A stretch of DNA of 63,312 bases, filler included, from Octopus bimaculoides (GCF_001194135.2; 4 parts of 4 records of this genome joined end to end with filler, not necessarily neighbours in it), one strand, 5' to 3'; positions 1 to 13,315 are shown, counted from the whole stretch's first letter. The notes: generated by a model not told the origin, from the letters alone. Numbers and translations: made by a program.

Positions 1-130
1 ACATGGTTCTGGGTTCAGTCCCACTGTGTGTCACCTTGGGCAAATGTCTTCTAATACAGCCTCGGGCCGACCAAAGCCTTATGAGTGGATCTGGTAGATG
101 GAAACTGAAAGAAGCTTATTGTCTGTGTGA
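1..130 (+). mobile_element. SINE family A 5' part. Other partial copies: 5354-5533 +, 15672-15795 +, 18230-18358 +, 22710-22835 +, 23519-23620 +, 37390-37590 -, 37656-37764 +
   Basis: Direct sequence similarity to the full-length copies. Confidence 0.85.
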
Positions 131-166
<36 letters not shown>

Positions 167-174
167 GTGTATAT

Positions 175-452
175 AAGTGCTGCCTGACTGGCACCCATGT
201 TGGTGGCATTTAAAATGCACCATTTAAGCGTGTTTGATGCCAATGCCACTGAACTGGCCCCCATGCTGGTGGCACAAAAAAGTACCCACTACACACTTGA
301 AGTGGTTGGTGTTAGGAAGGGCATCCAGCTGTAGAAACCTTGTCAGATCGGATTGGAGCCTGGTGCAACCTCCTGACTTGCCAGTCCTCAGTCAAACCGC
401 CCAACCTATGCCAGCATGGAAAGCAGACATTAAATGATGATGATGATGATGA
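175..452 (+). mobile_element. Family D: RTE 3'UTR-derived repeat with (ATG)n tail. Other copies: 478-669 +, 1680-2071 +, 2888-3207 -, 7797-8123 -, 16600-16961 +, 18634-18845 +, 19200-19440 -
   Basis: Shared ggaagggcatccagctgtagaaac...ccaacccatgc.agcatggaaa..gacgttaaa(tga)n, identical in organisation to 9701-9935 downstream of the RTE ORF. Confidence 0.88.
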
Positions 453-1569
453 TTACATACACAAACACACACACATATGCTGGTGCAATGTAAATATGTA
501 AAAAGCACTCAGTACATTCGGTAATGAGGTTAGCGTTAGTAAGGGCGTCCATATGTAGAAACCATGCTAAAACAGGCATTCAGAGCCTGGTACAGTTCTC
601 AGGCTGGCCAGCTCCTGTCAAACCATCCAACCCATGCCAGCATAGGAAATGGACATTAAATGATGAAGACACATGCATGCATTTGATTTTACAAACAAAC
701 AAAAAACTGTACATAGTAAAAGTAGATTTCCATTTATTTGAAGCCAAGGCTTTGTTCCATTGCTAGTCTATGTTCTCTCTTTCTATTCTTCATGTGTGTG
801 TGTGTGTGTGTGTGGTACCGTCAGGCTTTGCTTGATAAACCAGATAACTATATTGAACATTTAGAACCCAACATGGCTCTTTGATTGATCCACTATTTTC
901 AGAATTTAAAAGTAATGGCAGACAGCATCAACCAAGTAAATATAATTATACTCTACACCAAATGTAGAGTATTTTCCCTCTTGAGCATTATAGATAACAT
1001 ACATGATACAGAGATACTCACGCCAATATATATGTGTATGTGTATGTGTGTGTGTGTGTGTGTGTGTGCATGCAAGTGTATGACATTTTGATTGAAGTGA
1101 ATATTATTTATTTTAGTTTTGAAATTTCAAATTAAGAAAACTACCATATTAAAAAAAAAAAAATTTGTGGAACAGATTCAAATCAAAAAAAATTTTTTTT
1201 TAATGAAACTGAAACCTAAATTCAAAACAAAATTCAACAGCAAAAAATACCAAAGACAAAAAAAAATTGAATTCAAATTTGAAATGATTGAAAAAATACA
1301 CTAAATTTCAGTTTTAAATTGCTTCACAGTAGCTGTATCATAACGTTTGTTATCATAGTTCCAAATTCACTACATATTACTTTAGATAAGTGACTTTCCA
1401 TCAAATGCTTGCATTGACTGAAATCTTAAGAGTGAAATTTCCATCCATTTTCTCTGCCTATTATTCTTGGAAGGGTCATGGAGAGAGAGTCCAGTCCACA
1501 AACAACTTCTTCGTAGAGTCTAATCAGGAGCAACTGTCATTACACTTTCCAGCTGGATTTCAAAACATG

Positions 1570-1680
1570 ACCAACTGAGACCATGGGTATTATCCAACCA
1601 TCTTTTTCTTGGTCTTCTCCTAGTTCTCCTACAAGTTTACTCAGCTCAAAGAATCCATCTTGCAATTCTTTTCTGTGACT
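1570..1680 (-). mobile_element. Possible very old RTE ORF C-terminal relic
   Basis: Minus strand reads RTRRRPRKRWLDNT, like the RTE G.R.RGRP+KRW.D motif; short. Confidence 0.35.
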
Positions 1681-3453
1681 CCTTTCAAGCGGGCCTCACA
1701 TAGGTGAGGTAGTTGAGTTCCTTTCGAGCATTGGGCCCCACGGAGGCAAAGTGGATGAGTTCCTTTCAAGTGTTGGTCCTCACAGCGGCAATGACCAAGG
1801 CCTTCGGCATTATGTTCTGCTTGAGAAGAAGACCCATCAAGCCAAACAAAATTGCAGTCGTGGCAGATACTGGTGTCACACAAATGGCACCTGTGCCAGT
1901 GGAACGTAAAAGCACCCATTACACTCTTGTAGTGGTTGGTGTAAGGAAGGGCATCTAGCCATAGAAAACCATGCCAAATCAGACTGGAGTCTGGTGCAGC
2001 CTTCCCACTTACCAGCCTTGATCAAACCGCCCAACCCAGCAGATGTTAAATGATGATGATGACGATGATGATTCTAATCATACATCTGTAGTACATGAGC
2101 AGAAGTAGCAGCTCAACCTGGAAAGACTTCCTGATCTCTGAGCATCTTGTTGAGAAACATTACTCCAGCAGCCCTTCAGAAGACCTCATTTTGGCCACTT
2201 GTATTTGTGATTTTACCCTTTTAGTCATTACCCAACATTGGGTTTGATTGGATAGCCTATATTCAGTCTTCTGCAGGACAAAGGCATGTTTTCTCCACCA
2301 ACTACGGCCTGATATGTAGGCTATGAATTTGAACTTCAGATCATACTGGTTTGATGAGAATGCTCTGTCACACTGGTTTGACATTGCTAGGCAGAGGGAT
2401 GCAGTTTCTATACTCTTACCTCAGAGTAGTTAAGTCGAATACATTGACCCCAGTTCTCATTTGGTCCTTATTTTATCAACCCCGAAAGGATGAAAGGCAA
2501 AGTCAACCTTGGTGGAATTTGAACTCAGAATATAAGGACAGCCATTTCGTCCAGTATGCTAATGATTCTGCCAGCTTGCCAACATTAGATAGAATGAATT
2601 TTAGTAGACAGGAAACAGTATGAAAGCCAGTAATTGGGTATTACATATTCTTAATGGGCAGGTTTTGCGAGACACTGTGGAAGCCTTGTCCATGGTGCAT
2701 AGGCCAGGATGAGGCAAAAGCTCAACCAGTGGACACACCTACAACTGATTTGGATACTCTGATGTCTGATGGCATGCTGGTTGGGAGAGCAGCAGTTGCA
2801 ATGTCTGACTGGCTGGTTCAAATGGTATCAGATGTGACACCTGTCAACAAGTGTATTAGGCAACTGAGGATTTGACATTCTCTGGCTGTCATCATCATCA
2901 TCATCATTATTGTCGTTGTTGTTTAATGTCCGCTTTCCATGCTTGCATGGGTTGGACGGTTTGACTGAGTACTGGCAAGCCAGAAGGCTGCACCAGGCTC
3001 CAATCTGATCTGGCAAGGTTTCTACAGCTGGATGCTCTTCCTAACACCAACCACTCCAAGAGTGTAGTGGGTGCTGGCATCGACCATGTTTGAATGGTGC
3101 TTTTTATGTGCCACCAGCACGGGAGCCAGTCAGGCAGCACTGGTAATGGCCATGCTCGAATGGTGCTTTTTACATCCCACTGGCACAGGACCAGTCAGGT
3201 GACACTGTAGAATATATCTAGTTGACATATGGCGCTAAAGCAATGGTGCATGTAGAAAGACAGGAAGACATGTTATTGGCTCATTAGATATGTACATGGA
3301 AGAATAAGGACTAGTGAAGGCAGGTAGAGAATGTGGTTGATGTCATAGTATTAGTTACAAAAAAAGTGTATCATGGTAAATTTCATGGGATCTGGTGATG
3401 AGGGTAGGGAAGTAAGCACTCCAGGGAGGAGAAGACATTTTATTCTCTTAGAC

Positions 3454-3699
3454 CAGTGGTTCTCAACTGGGGTCCATATGATACTTCAGGGTTCACATAA
3501 GATTCTATTGTTAAAATTTATGTGCAATAAAATGGTTATATTTTAACTATACACAAAATATTTCCACAATTTTTTCTTAGAATATTTAATTATAAAAATG
3601 TAATAGGATTTTTTAAACATTGAATGACTATGAAGGCACATCCAAGTTAAAATAGGAACCATAGGGGTTGACAGATAAAAGAATGGTGGAGAAACCCTG
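3454..3699. mobile_element. hAT (Charlie-like) MITE, 246 bp
   Basis: Imperfect TIRs cagtggttctcaac / gtggagaaaccctg. 8-bp TSD tcttagac (3446-3453) versus tcttagag (3700-3707). Confidence 0.8.
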
Positions 3700-4047
3700 T
3701 CTTAGAGAATCAAAGAAATGTTCAAAAACAAGAAAAACGGCATAGCTTGAAAGAAATGGAAAGAAACCAAGCTGAAGACAAGAATGGTCTTAAAACAATA
3801 ATTCTTCCTGACGCAGAGAATAAGTTTAGCTTTGGTTGAACATAGTCAGGAATATTCTTTAGATGATGCCAAAACTATAAGTAAAATGCAAGGAGAGGAA
3901 AACTGTATATATACATATATAAAACAATTACATTTTGGAAGAGTTATTTTAGCCATTTTAGCTCACAACCTGTCAAATTCAGTTTTCACTTTTTGAGGTG
4001 TCAAAATCTGTATCCACCAACTTCAGATTTAACTGTGGGTGTATGTA

Positions 4048-4091
<44 letters not shown>

Positions 4092-4141
4092 ATGTATGTG
4101 CATATATGTAGGTATAAAATGTGTGTAATATATATATATAT

Positions 4142-4324
4142 GTCACTATCAGAACTAGAGGAGAAGTTTCAGGTGTGGAAGCAAGGTCTAGAATTGAAGG
4201 GCCTTAGAGTCAACCTAGCTAAAACCAAAATCCTAATAAGTAGGAAGGTAGATAAAACACAAACCCCTTCAGGTAGATGGCCCTGCTCAGTATGTAGAAA
4301 AGGAGTAGGTAGTAACTCTATAAG
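4142..4324 (+). mobile_element. RTE-clade LINE fragment (end of RT domain and Cys-rich insert)
   Basis: LEEKFQVWKQGLELKGLRVNLAKTKILIS...WPCSVCRKGVGSNSI; truncated by a gap. Confidence 0.8.
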
Positions 4325-4446
4325 NNNNNNNNNNNNNNNNNNNNNNNNNNNNNNNNNNNNNNNNNNNNNNNNNNNNNNNNNNNNNNNNNNNNNNNNNNNN
4401 NNNNNNNNNNNNNNNNNNNNNNNNNNNNNNNNNNNNNNNNNNNTAT

Positions 4447-4480
<34 letters not shown>

Positions 4481-4595
4481 ACACACACACACACACATAT
4501 ATACATACACATATATACATTCACATATATACACACACATATATAATACACACACACACACAAATGCATGTGTATATATAAATATTCATGAAAAC

Positions 4596-4659
<64 letters not shown>

Positions 4660-6594
4660 TTCTATTTATCTTCCTATCTGGTTATCCTCATGCATAACAC
4701 ATTGTTGAATGACATCAATTTCGTCAGCAGAGAAGACTTTCACTCTCTATTATAATGAATACTTTCTCCTAATACTTTTGTCATTAATAAAACCGTGGTA
4801 TAACGGATATCTGGTTTGCATGAATAAGAAGCACTGCCTTTAGAGAAGATTTGTAGCAATATTCAAATGGTAGCTTCAAACTGTTAAATAATACATGGCA
4901 TATTTAATAAAAGCACTTTAGCAAGACAGGAAACTGAAGTCAGTTACTACAGGTCAGAGAACTATTAAGAGAAATTCTAGTAGACTTTTGAATTGAATCA
5001 AGATCTGTTCGAATTCTACAGAAAAAAAGGCCTCAGAACATCCTTCAGTTGATTACATGAAAGAGTGAAGAGTTATGAGAATGAAAATTATCTCCCAAAT
5101 ACTGACAGTAATTACACTAGAAAACTGTAAGCTAATGATGGGGTTTATATAATTCTTGTTCATTTATCATTCATTTATTGAAGGTTTACACTGCAACCCC
5201 ATCAGCATTTATGTTGCTTCTCTACAGCATGAAACCTGTTCAGTCCTACCCCATTCTCTCACATCACACCCTCCTAACATAAAGTTCTCTGTCCTTTCCA
5301 CTCGTAGTTCATAATCTTGCAAGCCGCGACAGTGCTAGAGGCATAATAAAGCACCAACATCGCTTGACAACCAATGCTGGTATGTTTACGTCCCCGTAAC
5401 TTAGCGGTTCGGCAAAAGAGACCGATAGAATAAGTACTAGGCTTCCAAAGAATAAGTCCTGGGGTCGAGTTGCTCGACTAAAGGCGGTGCTCCAGCATGG
5501 CCACAGTCAAAAGACTGAAACAAGTGAAAGAGTGACCGGGATTGTAATCGCTCGAAAACACCAGTTGAATAATTAAAAATGTTATTTTGCAAAAGTCACC
5601 CAAACTTTTAAAAATATTTTCAAATTTATTGAAATACACAAGCAATCTATTAGATTACAATCAGTGTAATGAATGTGTTAAAGCATTTTTTTTTTCTGTT
5701 TTACTATTTAATTAGGGGTCAAATAGTAGCACTGTGGCTCTTCAGTTTATCAGAGTCTCCAAGACTGTCAAAAGCGACAGAAGAAGTTAGCCTCAAACTA
5801 GAATGAAATCTGATAAAGGTACCCAAGAACCATGTAGCAAGAAATAGGGTTTACCACTTTAGAATTCATCATGCAAAGAGTTGGAATAAATGCTACAAGG
5901 CATCTTGTCTAATGCTATGATTGTTCTGCCAATTGACAGGCTGGGACTGATACTTTATTTTATTGGCCTCTAAAGAAAGAGAAACTTGACTTTGCCAGGA
6001 TTTGAATTCACTATGCAAAAAGCTGGAATACATATTGCAAGACACTTTGTCCTGTACCATACTAAAACTGCCAAATCGTTGCCTTATAATAGTCATTTAG
6101 ATAACAATAGATAAATAACAGTTGCTTAAATTAAGATACATTTTTAATTATATGTTTAGACAGAAGTAAATTTAAAACATATACACATAATCCAAATACA
6201 AGGATACTTCAACTTAAGTTGGTAACTGGTTCCAAGACATGCAACTTAATACAAAAAAAAAAAATACAAAAAACATGAAAAATCCTTTTTAAAAATGTAT
6301 TAGCTTATCTTTTCTAACAGATGGTTTGAACATATTTTCACGTCTATTCTAGTTGATTTTCCACTTCAGTATTGCGTTTTAGGTGCTTTGTTTTTTTCAA
6401 ACTTTTATGCTTTTAAATATATTCCCTGAAACTGACATAAATTTGAAAAAGACATAATTCAAAATGACATAAGTTTAGGCATGCCTGAACATCATAAAGC
6501 ATAATGCATCACATATGTGCATGTATGTATTATTTATGTATGCATCTCTCTCTTTACACACACACAAACACATATAAATATATACATACATATA

Positions 6595-7443
6595 CATGGT
6601 GCAGTGAATATATTGTTGTCTAAATTATGCAAAAATGAAAATAACACTAACATCTCATTTTAACAGATATATTCACCAAAATTACATAAAAATATCTTGA
6701 AATACTAAAGAGTAAATTTATTTAATAAAATTGCCATTGGTTTCAACCATGGCCTCCAGACATCAAGGAATCACCTGCAACTCTTCTGGATGGTCTCCTT
6801 GTTTAAGTTGGTGCCATAATCCTTGCCTTCAGTTCATTTTTGATGTTACAAGGAGTTTTGTTGGTCTCTCATTCAACTGCACCCCACACATTTGCAGGGG
6901 GTTGAAGTCTGGGGAGTTAAGTGGCCAGATGTTAGGGGTGGTGTGGTCACGGAAATTGTCTGACAGTCATGACTGGGTTCTCCTGCTTGTGTGGCATGGT
7001 GCAGAGTCCTGCTGCCAGACATAGGGTCTTCCAGCAGCCACCCTCTTGATCCAGGGCAGCACTACCTCTTCCAGGCATTTGATGTAGGCCACTGTGCTGA
7101 GTCTGAGGCAGTGTGGGAAGATTAATGGAGGCATAACGTTGCCATTACTAGTGATCATTCCAAACACCATGATGTTGACTGGATGTTTGGTTTTTATCAC
7201 CCTTGGTACGTGTTTTGGGGATATGGCAAGCCAACAGTTATTCTGTGTGTTCACCATCTGTTCATATTGGAGCTTCTGGCACAAATGCCAAGCAGTACAG
7301 CATGTCGATTCCAAATTTCTGGCATGGTGAATTGTGTCATGGTGGTGTTTTTCTCACAGACTGTGTAGTTGAAAAAATCAAAAACAATGCACATGGGCAA
7401 AATTAAAAATACAAAATGGTGACAATTTAACCATCACACCCTG
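6595..7443 (-). mobile_element. Internally deleted Tc1/mariner element, DD37D (maT-like)
   Basis: TA on both sides; degenerate TIRs (cat/cagggtg...ttgt). Decayed transposase at about 6720-7200: VMVFG-like motif, WQQDSAPCH...WPLNSPDFNPL, ending EANG-like ETNGNFIK*. There are 37 residues from the QD aspartate to the now-damaged PL[D] position. Stops and frameshifts are present. Confidence 0.85.
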
Positions 7444-7454
7444 TATATATATGT

Positions 7455-7756
7455 TGTTGTTTGTTCCTTCTTGAGTCAAGCCTGGCTCATAAGGGCTGGT
7501 TTCCCGGTTTCATTGGCACATAGGTTCCCCACATGGACAGAATGCCAGTCTGTTGCAGGTGAGCTGATAGATGCAGGAGGAAAGAGTGAGAAAAAGTTGT
7601 AGCGAAAGAGTCAGCAGAGGTTTGCCATTACCTTCTGCCAGAGCCATGTGGAGCTTAGGTGTTTCGCTCACGAGCACACACATCACCCAGTCTGAGATTC
7701 AAACCTGTGATCCCTCGGTCATGAGTTCACTGCTCTAACCACTAAGCCATGTGTCT

Positions 7757-7760
<4 letters not shown>
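7455..7760 (-). mobile_element. SINE with the family-B head but a different 3' tail
   Basis: Shares the head through ...gaaagagtgagaaaaagttgtagcgaaagag; the tail (caggtgagctg...ttccccacatgg...gagtcaagcc) is unrelated to the B tail. Confidence 0.75.
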
Positions 7761-7795
<35 letters not shown>

Positions 7796-8121
7796 ATCAA
7801 CATCATCATCACCAATGTTGTTTAACGTCTGCTTTCTATCCTGGCATGGGCTGGATGATTTGACTGAGGACTGGCAAGCCAGAAGGCTGTACCAGGCTCC
7901 AATCTGTTCTGGCAAAGTTTTTACAGCTGGACGCCCTTCCTAACCCTAACCACTCTAAGAGTGTAGTGGGTACTTTTTATGTTCCACCGGCACAAGGGCC
8001 AGTCAGGTGGTACTGGCATCAACCATGCTTGAATGGTGCTTTTTATGTGCCACCTGCGTGGGAGCCAGTCAGGCAGCACTGGCAACAACTACGCTCGAAT
8101 GGTGCTTTTTACATGCCACCA

Positions 8122-8162
<41 letters not shown>

Positions 8163-8474
8163 AGAAGAATTCAAGTGGGGTTCCAAACTCAGAACAGCTG
8201 TTTTAAAAGCACAAAAGGCATTCTTGGAACCAACCCTTGGTTGGATCTGCAGTGGTGCTGCAGTTTATACTGGATTTGACAACTATGTATATATGTATAT
8301 GTCTATGTGTATATTTATATATATAGATAGATGTGTGTGTGTGTACATACAGTATACTACCAACAAAGGATAACTAAGAGTTGCTTTAAAGCACTGAGCC
8401 ATTCCTGATCCTACATGTTGATATACCTAAATTCTAATGGATCCTGTATCTGATGTATAAGGAATGAAGCCAGT

Positions 8475-9935
8475 ATGCTCCGTTGGATGTGTAATGTCAA
8501 TGTGAATACCCGTCAGAGTGTAAGTATCTTGAGAGAAAAGCTGAACATTAGAAGCATCAGTTGTGGCGTGCAAGAGAGACGATTGCGCTGGTATGGACAT
8601 GTGGTGAGAATGGAGGAGGATAGCTGCGTGAAAAAGTGCCACACCCTAACAGTTGAGGGAACCCGTGGAAGAGGTAGGCCCAGGAAGACCTGGGCTGAGG
8701 TGGTGAGGCAAGACCTTCGTACATTGGGCCTCACCGAGGCGATGACTACGGACCGAGNNNNNNNNNNNNNNNNNNNNNNNNNNNNNNNNNNNNNNNNNNN
8801 NNNNNNNNNNNNNNNNNNNNNNNNNNNNNNNNNNNNNNNNNNNNNNNNNNNNNNNNNNNNNNNNNNNNNNNNNNNNNNNNNNNNNNNNNNNNNNNNNNNN
8901 NNNNNNNNNNNNNNNNNNNNNNNNNNNNNNNNNNNNNNNNNNNNNNNNNNNNNNNNNNNNNNNNNNNNNNNNNNNNNNNNNNNNNNNNNNNNNNNNNNNN
9001 NNNNNNNNNNNNNNNNNNNNNNNNNNNNNNNNNNNNNNNNNNNNNNNNNNNNNNNNNNNNNNNNNNNNNNNNNNNNNNNNNNNNNNNNNNNNNNNNNNNN
9101 NNNNNNNNNNNNNNNNNNNNNNNNNNNNNNNNNNNNNNNNNNNNNNNNNNNNNNNNNNNNNNNNNNNNNNNNNNNNNNNNNNNNNNNNNNNNNNNNNNNN
9201 NNNNNNNNNNNNNNNNNNNNNNNNNNNNNNNNNNNNNNNNNNNNNNNNNNNNNNNNNNNNNNNNNNNNNNNNNNNNNNNNNNNNNNNNNNNNNNNNNNNN
9301 NNNNNNNNNNNNNNNNNNNNNNNNNNNNNNNNNNNNNNNNNNNNNNNNNNNNNNNNNNNNNNNNNNNNNNNNNNNNNNNNNNNNNNNNNNNNNNNNNNNN
9401 NNNNNNNNNNNNNNNNNNNNNNNNNNNNNNNNNNNNNNNNNNNNNNNNNNNNNNNNNNNNNNNNNNNNNNNNNNNNNNNNNNNNNNNNNNNNNNNNNNNN
9501 NNNNNNNNNNNNNNNNNNNNNNNNNNNNNNNNNNNNNNNNNNNNNNNNNNNNNNNNNNNNNNNNNNNNNNNNNNNNNNNNNNNNNNNNNNNNNNNNNNNN
9601 NNNNNNNNNNNNNNNNNNNNNNNNNNNNNNNNNNNNNNNNNNNNNNNNNNNNNNNNNNNNNNNNNNNNNNNNNNNNNNNNNNNNNNNNNNNNNNNNNNNN
9701 NGGCACATAAAAGACACCATTTCGAGCGTGGCCGTTTTCGTGCAGGTGACACGTAAAAGCACCCACTACACTCTCTGAGTGGTTGGCGTTAGGAAGGGCA
9801 TCCAGCTGTAGAAACTCTGCCAAATCAGACTGGAGCCTGGTGTTGCCATCCGGTTTCACCAGTCCTCAGTCAAATCGTCCAACCCATGCTAGCATGGAAA
9901 GCGGACGTTAAACGATGATGATGATGATGATGATA
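8475..9935 (+). mobile_element. 3' end of an RTE-clade LINE: ORF C-terminus, assembly gap, 3'UTR and (ATG)n tail
   Basis: 8475-8757 encodes MLRWMC...RRLRWYGHVVRM...GTRGRGRPRKTW, an RTE post-RT signature. 9701-9935 is the family-D 3'UTR in the same orientation ending in (gat)n. Continuity across the 943-N gap is inferred. Confidence 0.8.
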
Positions 9936-10544
9936 TATATATATATATATATCCCTAATAAACTCAGTGATGAGCTTCCAGTTTCTAGTGTTTGAAGCAA
10001 TTAACAAAACCTCCTGGATATAAGATTAGTCTATTACAGATAACTTTCCTAGACTGCCTTATATCTATTCTACAACTAAGGCATACATAGGAAACTAGAA
10101 TTAAGCAATTTGACCTGAAATGATAAAAAGACTTGCAGAAGAAGAAGGACCCAAGAAATGGCCAATCACTTGTTTGTTCATCTGACATTTTAGAAAACAA
10201 GTAAGAGGGTGGAACGTCTATTTTTTACCCCAGATCGCCTTCAAATCACACCCTAGCTGCTTACAGAATAATGCCTTAGAGAATGAAGTCCCTGATATAA
10301 AAAAAACAAAAAAACTCATGACTGGAATCCCTTTGGTCATAGGGACAGCAATTTTGTGGGTGAGCGGGGTTAAGTTGATTACATCAATCCCAGTATTCAA
10401 CTGTTACTTATTTTATCAATCCTGAAAGGATGAAAGGTAAAGTTGATCTCAGCAGAATTTGAACTTAGAATGTAAGGCTAGATGAAATATCGCTAAGCAT
10501 TTTGCCCAGCATGCTAACGATTCTGCCAGCTTACTGCCATGTTC

Positions 10545-10685
10545 CAAAGAACATGAATTAAATTGAAAAATTTTGATGGAAGGTTCTTAATTTGGATCAG
10601 TTTCAAAGAAGTTTGTATCAAAGGATCAGGGTGGTCTCAGGTACATTGGTATCAAAAGGGTTAACCTATATTTCACCAATTTTCT
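10545..10685 (-). repeat. Repeat fragment homologous to 16340-16465 (+), with a TTAA-CCC piggyBac-like end
   Basis: Reverse complement aattggtgaaata..ttaacccttttgatacc...ctttgatacaaacttc aligns to 16340-16465. Confidence 0.55.
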
Positions 10686-12339
10686 CACAACAATAACAAG
10701 AGACTCAGACTGTACTTCAGTAATTTGCAGTCAAGAATATGTTCACAGTAACCATTCGGGGAATGCTACAAATAACAGGCCACCATCCTTTCTTGTAACT
10801 CATAGAAACATTTATTAATTAAGAAGAACGAATATAGATAAAAGCTCTCTCAGTAATTAATATTTGCACTGGTTCAAATTGCATCCAATTATCAAATAAA
10901 TGTTAATCAGTTTATAAGCAAATTTTAATTAAAATTCTATCACTTGGAATACTTTTGGTGAACAAGTCTGTATGTATGTATGTGTGTGTGTGTGTCTGTG
11001 GAGGCAACAACAAGCCTGTTTCCTTGTTATTTTCAATCAACAGACATTCTTTGGTAAGTGCTGCAGAAGGATTTAAGTAAATTCTTGGTGACCCAAGTTT
11101 TCAAACCAAATGTGATTATTTCTAATTGTTTCAACCCCTAACCTCTTTGTGAAAGGCATAAGTGTCACCATTCCTTATACTGTTATTCTCTCTTGTAAAT
11201 ATGAAGCCTGAAGTCTAATTAACTAGTCAATTAATAAAAGTTCTCTAAATTAAATTGGAAACAAGAATTGATTTTAATGTTGTTGCTTAATTCCAGGTTT
11301 GACTTAAATGAGCAGACATATGCTTAAAGTTATTCCCCACCCCCACTTTACCTGTCCTATGTATCTCATGTGATAAGCAAGACATATTTCCTTGGCCTCC
11401 ATGCCTCATATATGATAGACATTTCCAATTACATTTCAACTAGCAGAGTAAATTGGGACTTATAAAAGGAAAGCTTTACTCAGAATGTTTGAAGCAAAGG
11501 CTGTTTAAAAGTTTAAAAACAAACATGGGTATTTGGAACAAACTTATGAAAATGCTTAGAACAGGCAAATAGTTAACCATGACTATTTCATCTGTTAGTA
11601 TATAAGGAACTATAATTTTTAATTTGACTTCCCTTAAAGTTGATAGAGTGTGATTTGAAGGATATTTGGCTGCTATTTCTAGATGGTCCAGTAACCACAT
11701 TGAGACCTCTGCCTCCATTGGTAATGAGGTTATATAATGGCTATTGTCTTTAAGAGACGTCATATTAAACATCATATTACATAAGAAGTTTATTTGCAAT
11801 GAAAATAAAGATGAAAAAAAAAAGGAAATAACAAGATATAAATAAATACACAAAAAAAAAATGTTCAAAAACCATAAGCAGAAGAAAGATTTGTGATTAA
11901 AACATTGCAATAGCCAGTATGATGTAAACAGGTGTGTGCTGAGAATAATGGTAAAGTTTACTATAGAAGGAGAATGGAACGGTGATGGTAACATCTGATG
12001 CAGTAGGACAAATACAGTTTTATATAATATAAAGTTAAATCCTGGATGTAAAGTTAGCACATGTATAATCTCTTAAGGACCTTGGGTAAGCTTTTGGCAC
12101 TTTAAGCAGCAAGAGTGATGGTAAATACTCTCAAAAATATGAAAGTGAGTTTGTTGGTGAACAAAATTTGAGGACTAAGTAGATACACACAAAATGATAA
12201 CGATAATTTATATTAGAAAAAGACTAGTATTGAAGACAGAAAAAAGGTTTTACAGATCATGATAGGAATCAATTGAAGAATTGGATAATAAGTAAGAGAA
12301 GAGGAAAGATGTACAAATGGCATTTAAATATAACTAAGA

Positions 12340-13030
12340 GTTGATCAGCAGTTACAGTTGAGAATATCTGCTCCAATAGAAGGAGATGATCTGCAGTTAA
12401 AGATGAAAAAATCTGCTTTAACGGATGAGATGGCCTGCAGCTTTTCATTAGGTGAACTAGAGTCATGCAACAACTTGCCATAACAGATGAAATGATCTAC
12501 AGTTTCAGATTAGATGACCTGCAGTTGTAGATTAAATTATCTGTGGTTACAGATAAGATAACCTGTAGTAGTAGATGAAACGACCTGCATTTATTGATCG
12601 ACTACTACAGAGTAAATGACCAGCAGTTACAGATGAAATTATCTATAGTAACATATGAGAAGATCTGTTGTAGCAAATGGTATGTCTTGCATTTACTGTC
12701 CCACTTTTATTGAGAAGATGAGCAACTGAAATATATGATATAACTTGCTGTAACATGGAATGTAACTGTGTGTAGTAGAGATGTCACAATTTAACAGGTA
12801 AGGGGAAACAGAGTGAAAAATAAGGTGAGAATATACAGGAAATTAAATAAACAATTGGACAAAATGACAAGTTGTAATAGATGCTACTTTCAGATGCTAC
12901 CTTCAGAAAGATGAGAAGTAAAAGATGCTCTCAAGATAACTTGTACAACTGAAATTAGCAGTTGTAACCAATGCTCTTATACTGAACAGTTATAATAGGA
13001 GCTATACAGATGCTAAGTTACATCAGAAGC
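12340..13030. repeat. Old, degenerate 22-bp minisatellite (consensus cctgcagttacagatgaaatga)
   Basis: Unit starts at 12390, 12412, 12434 and 12496, 12518, 12540, 12562, 12584 and 12620, 12642, 12664; fades toward 13030. Confidence 0.8.
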
Positions 13031-13315
13031 TGTCAAGGTGACTGGCAACAATTGCAGCACCAATAGCCAAGAGACAAAATGCTTTTATAACATTTGAAAT
13101 TAGTGCATATTATCTTGAAGTGCAGCAAAGGTGAACAAGTTGCAGTGTAAGCAACAAGAGGGATGGATCTCTGACATGTAATTCTATGAAGGCCTGAAAG
13201 ATAGCCTTTGCAGTTATTGCAAAAATGTGTATGACAGACATAAGGCTGAGAGAGGAGCACACACACGATATACATACATACATACAGTCTCACCTTGAAA
13301 TGTATATATCTCAGT

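Noticed and set aside
8513-9859. ORFs of 300-450 aa spanning N runs (also 25880-26767, 29168-30202, 54546-55537, 57751-58545, 61684-62837)
   Set aside because: Their length comes from X codons in gaps.
11476-12060. 194-aa minus-strand ORF
   Set aside because: AT-rich, F/L/I-biased and no recognisable domain. A phase-compatible but weak acceptor near 11745 means it is not fully excluded as an alternative last exon.
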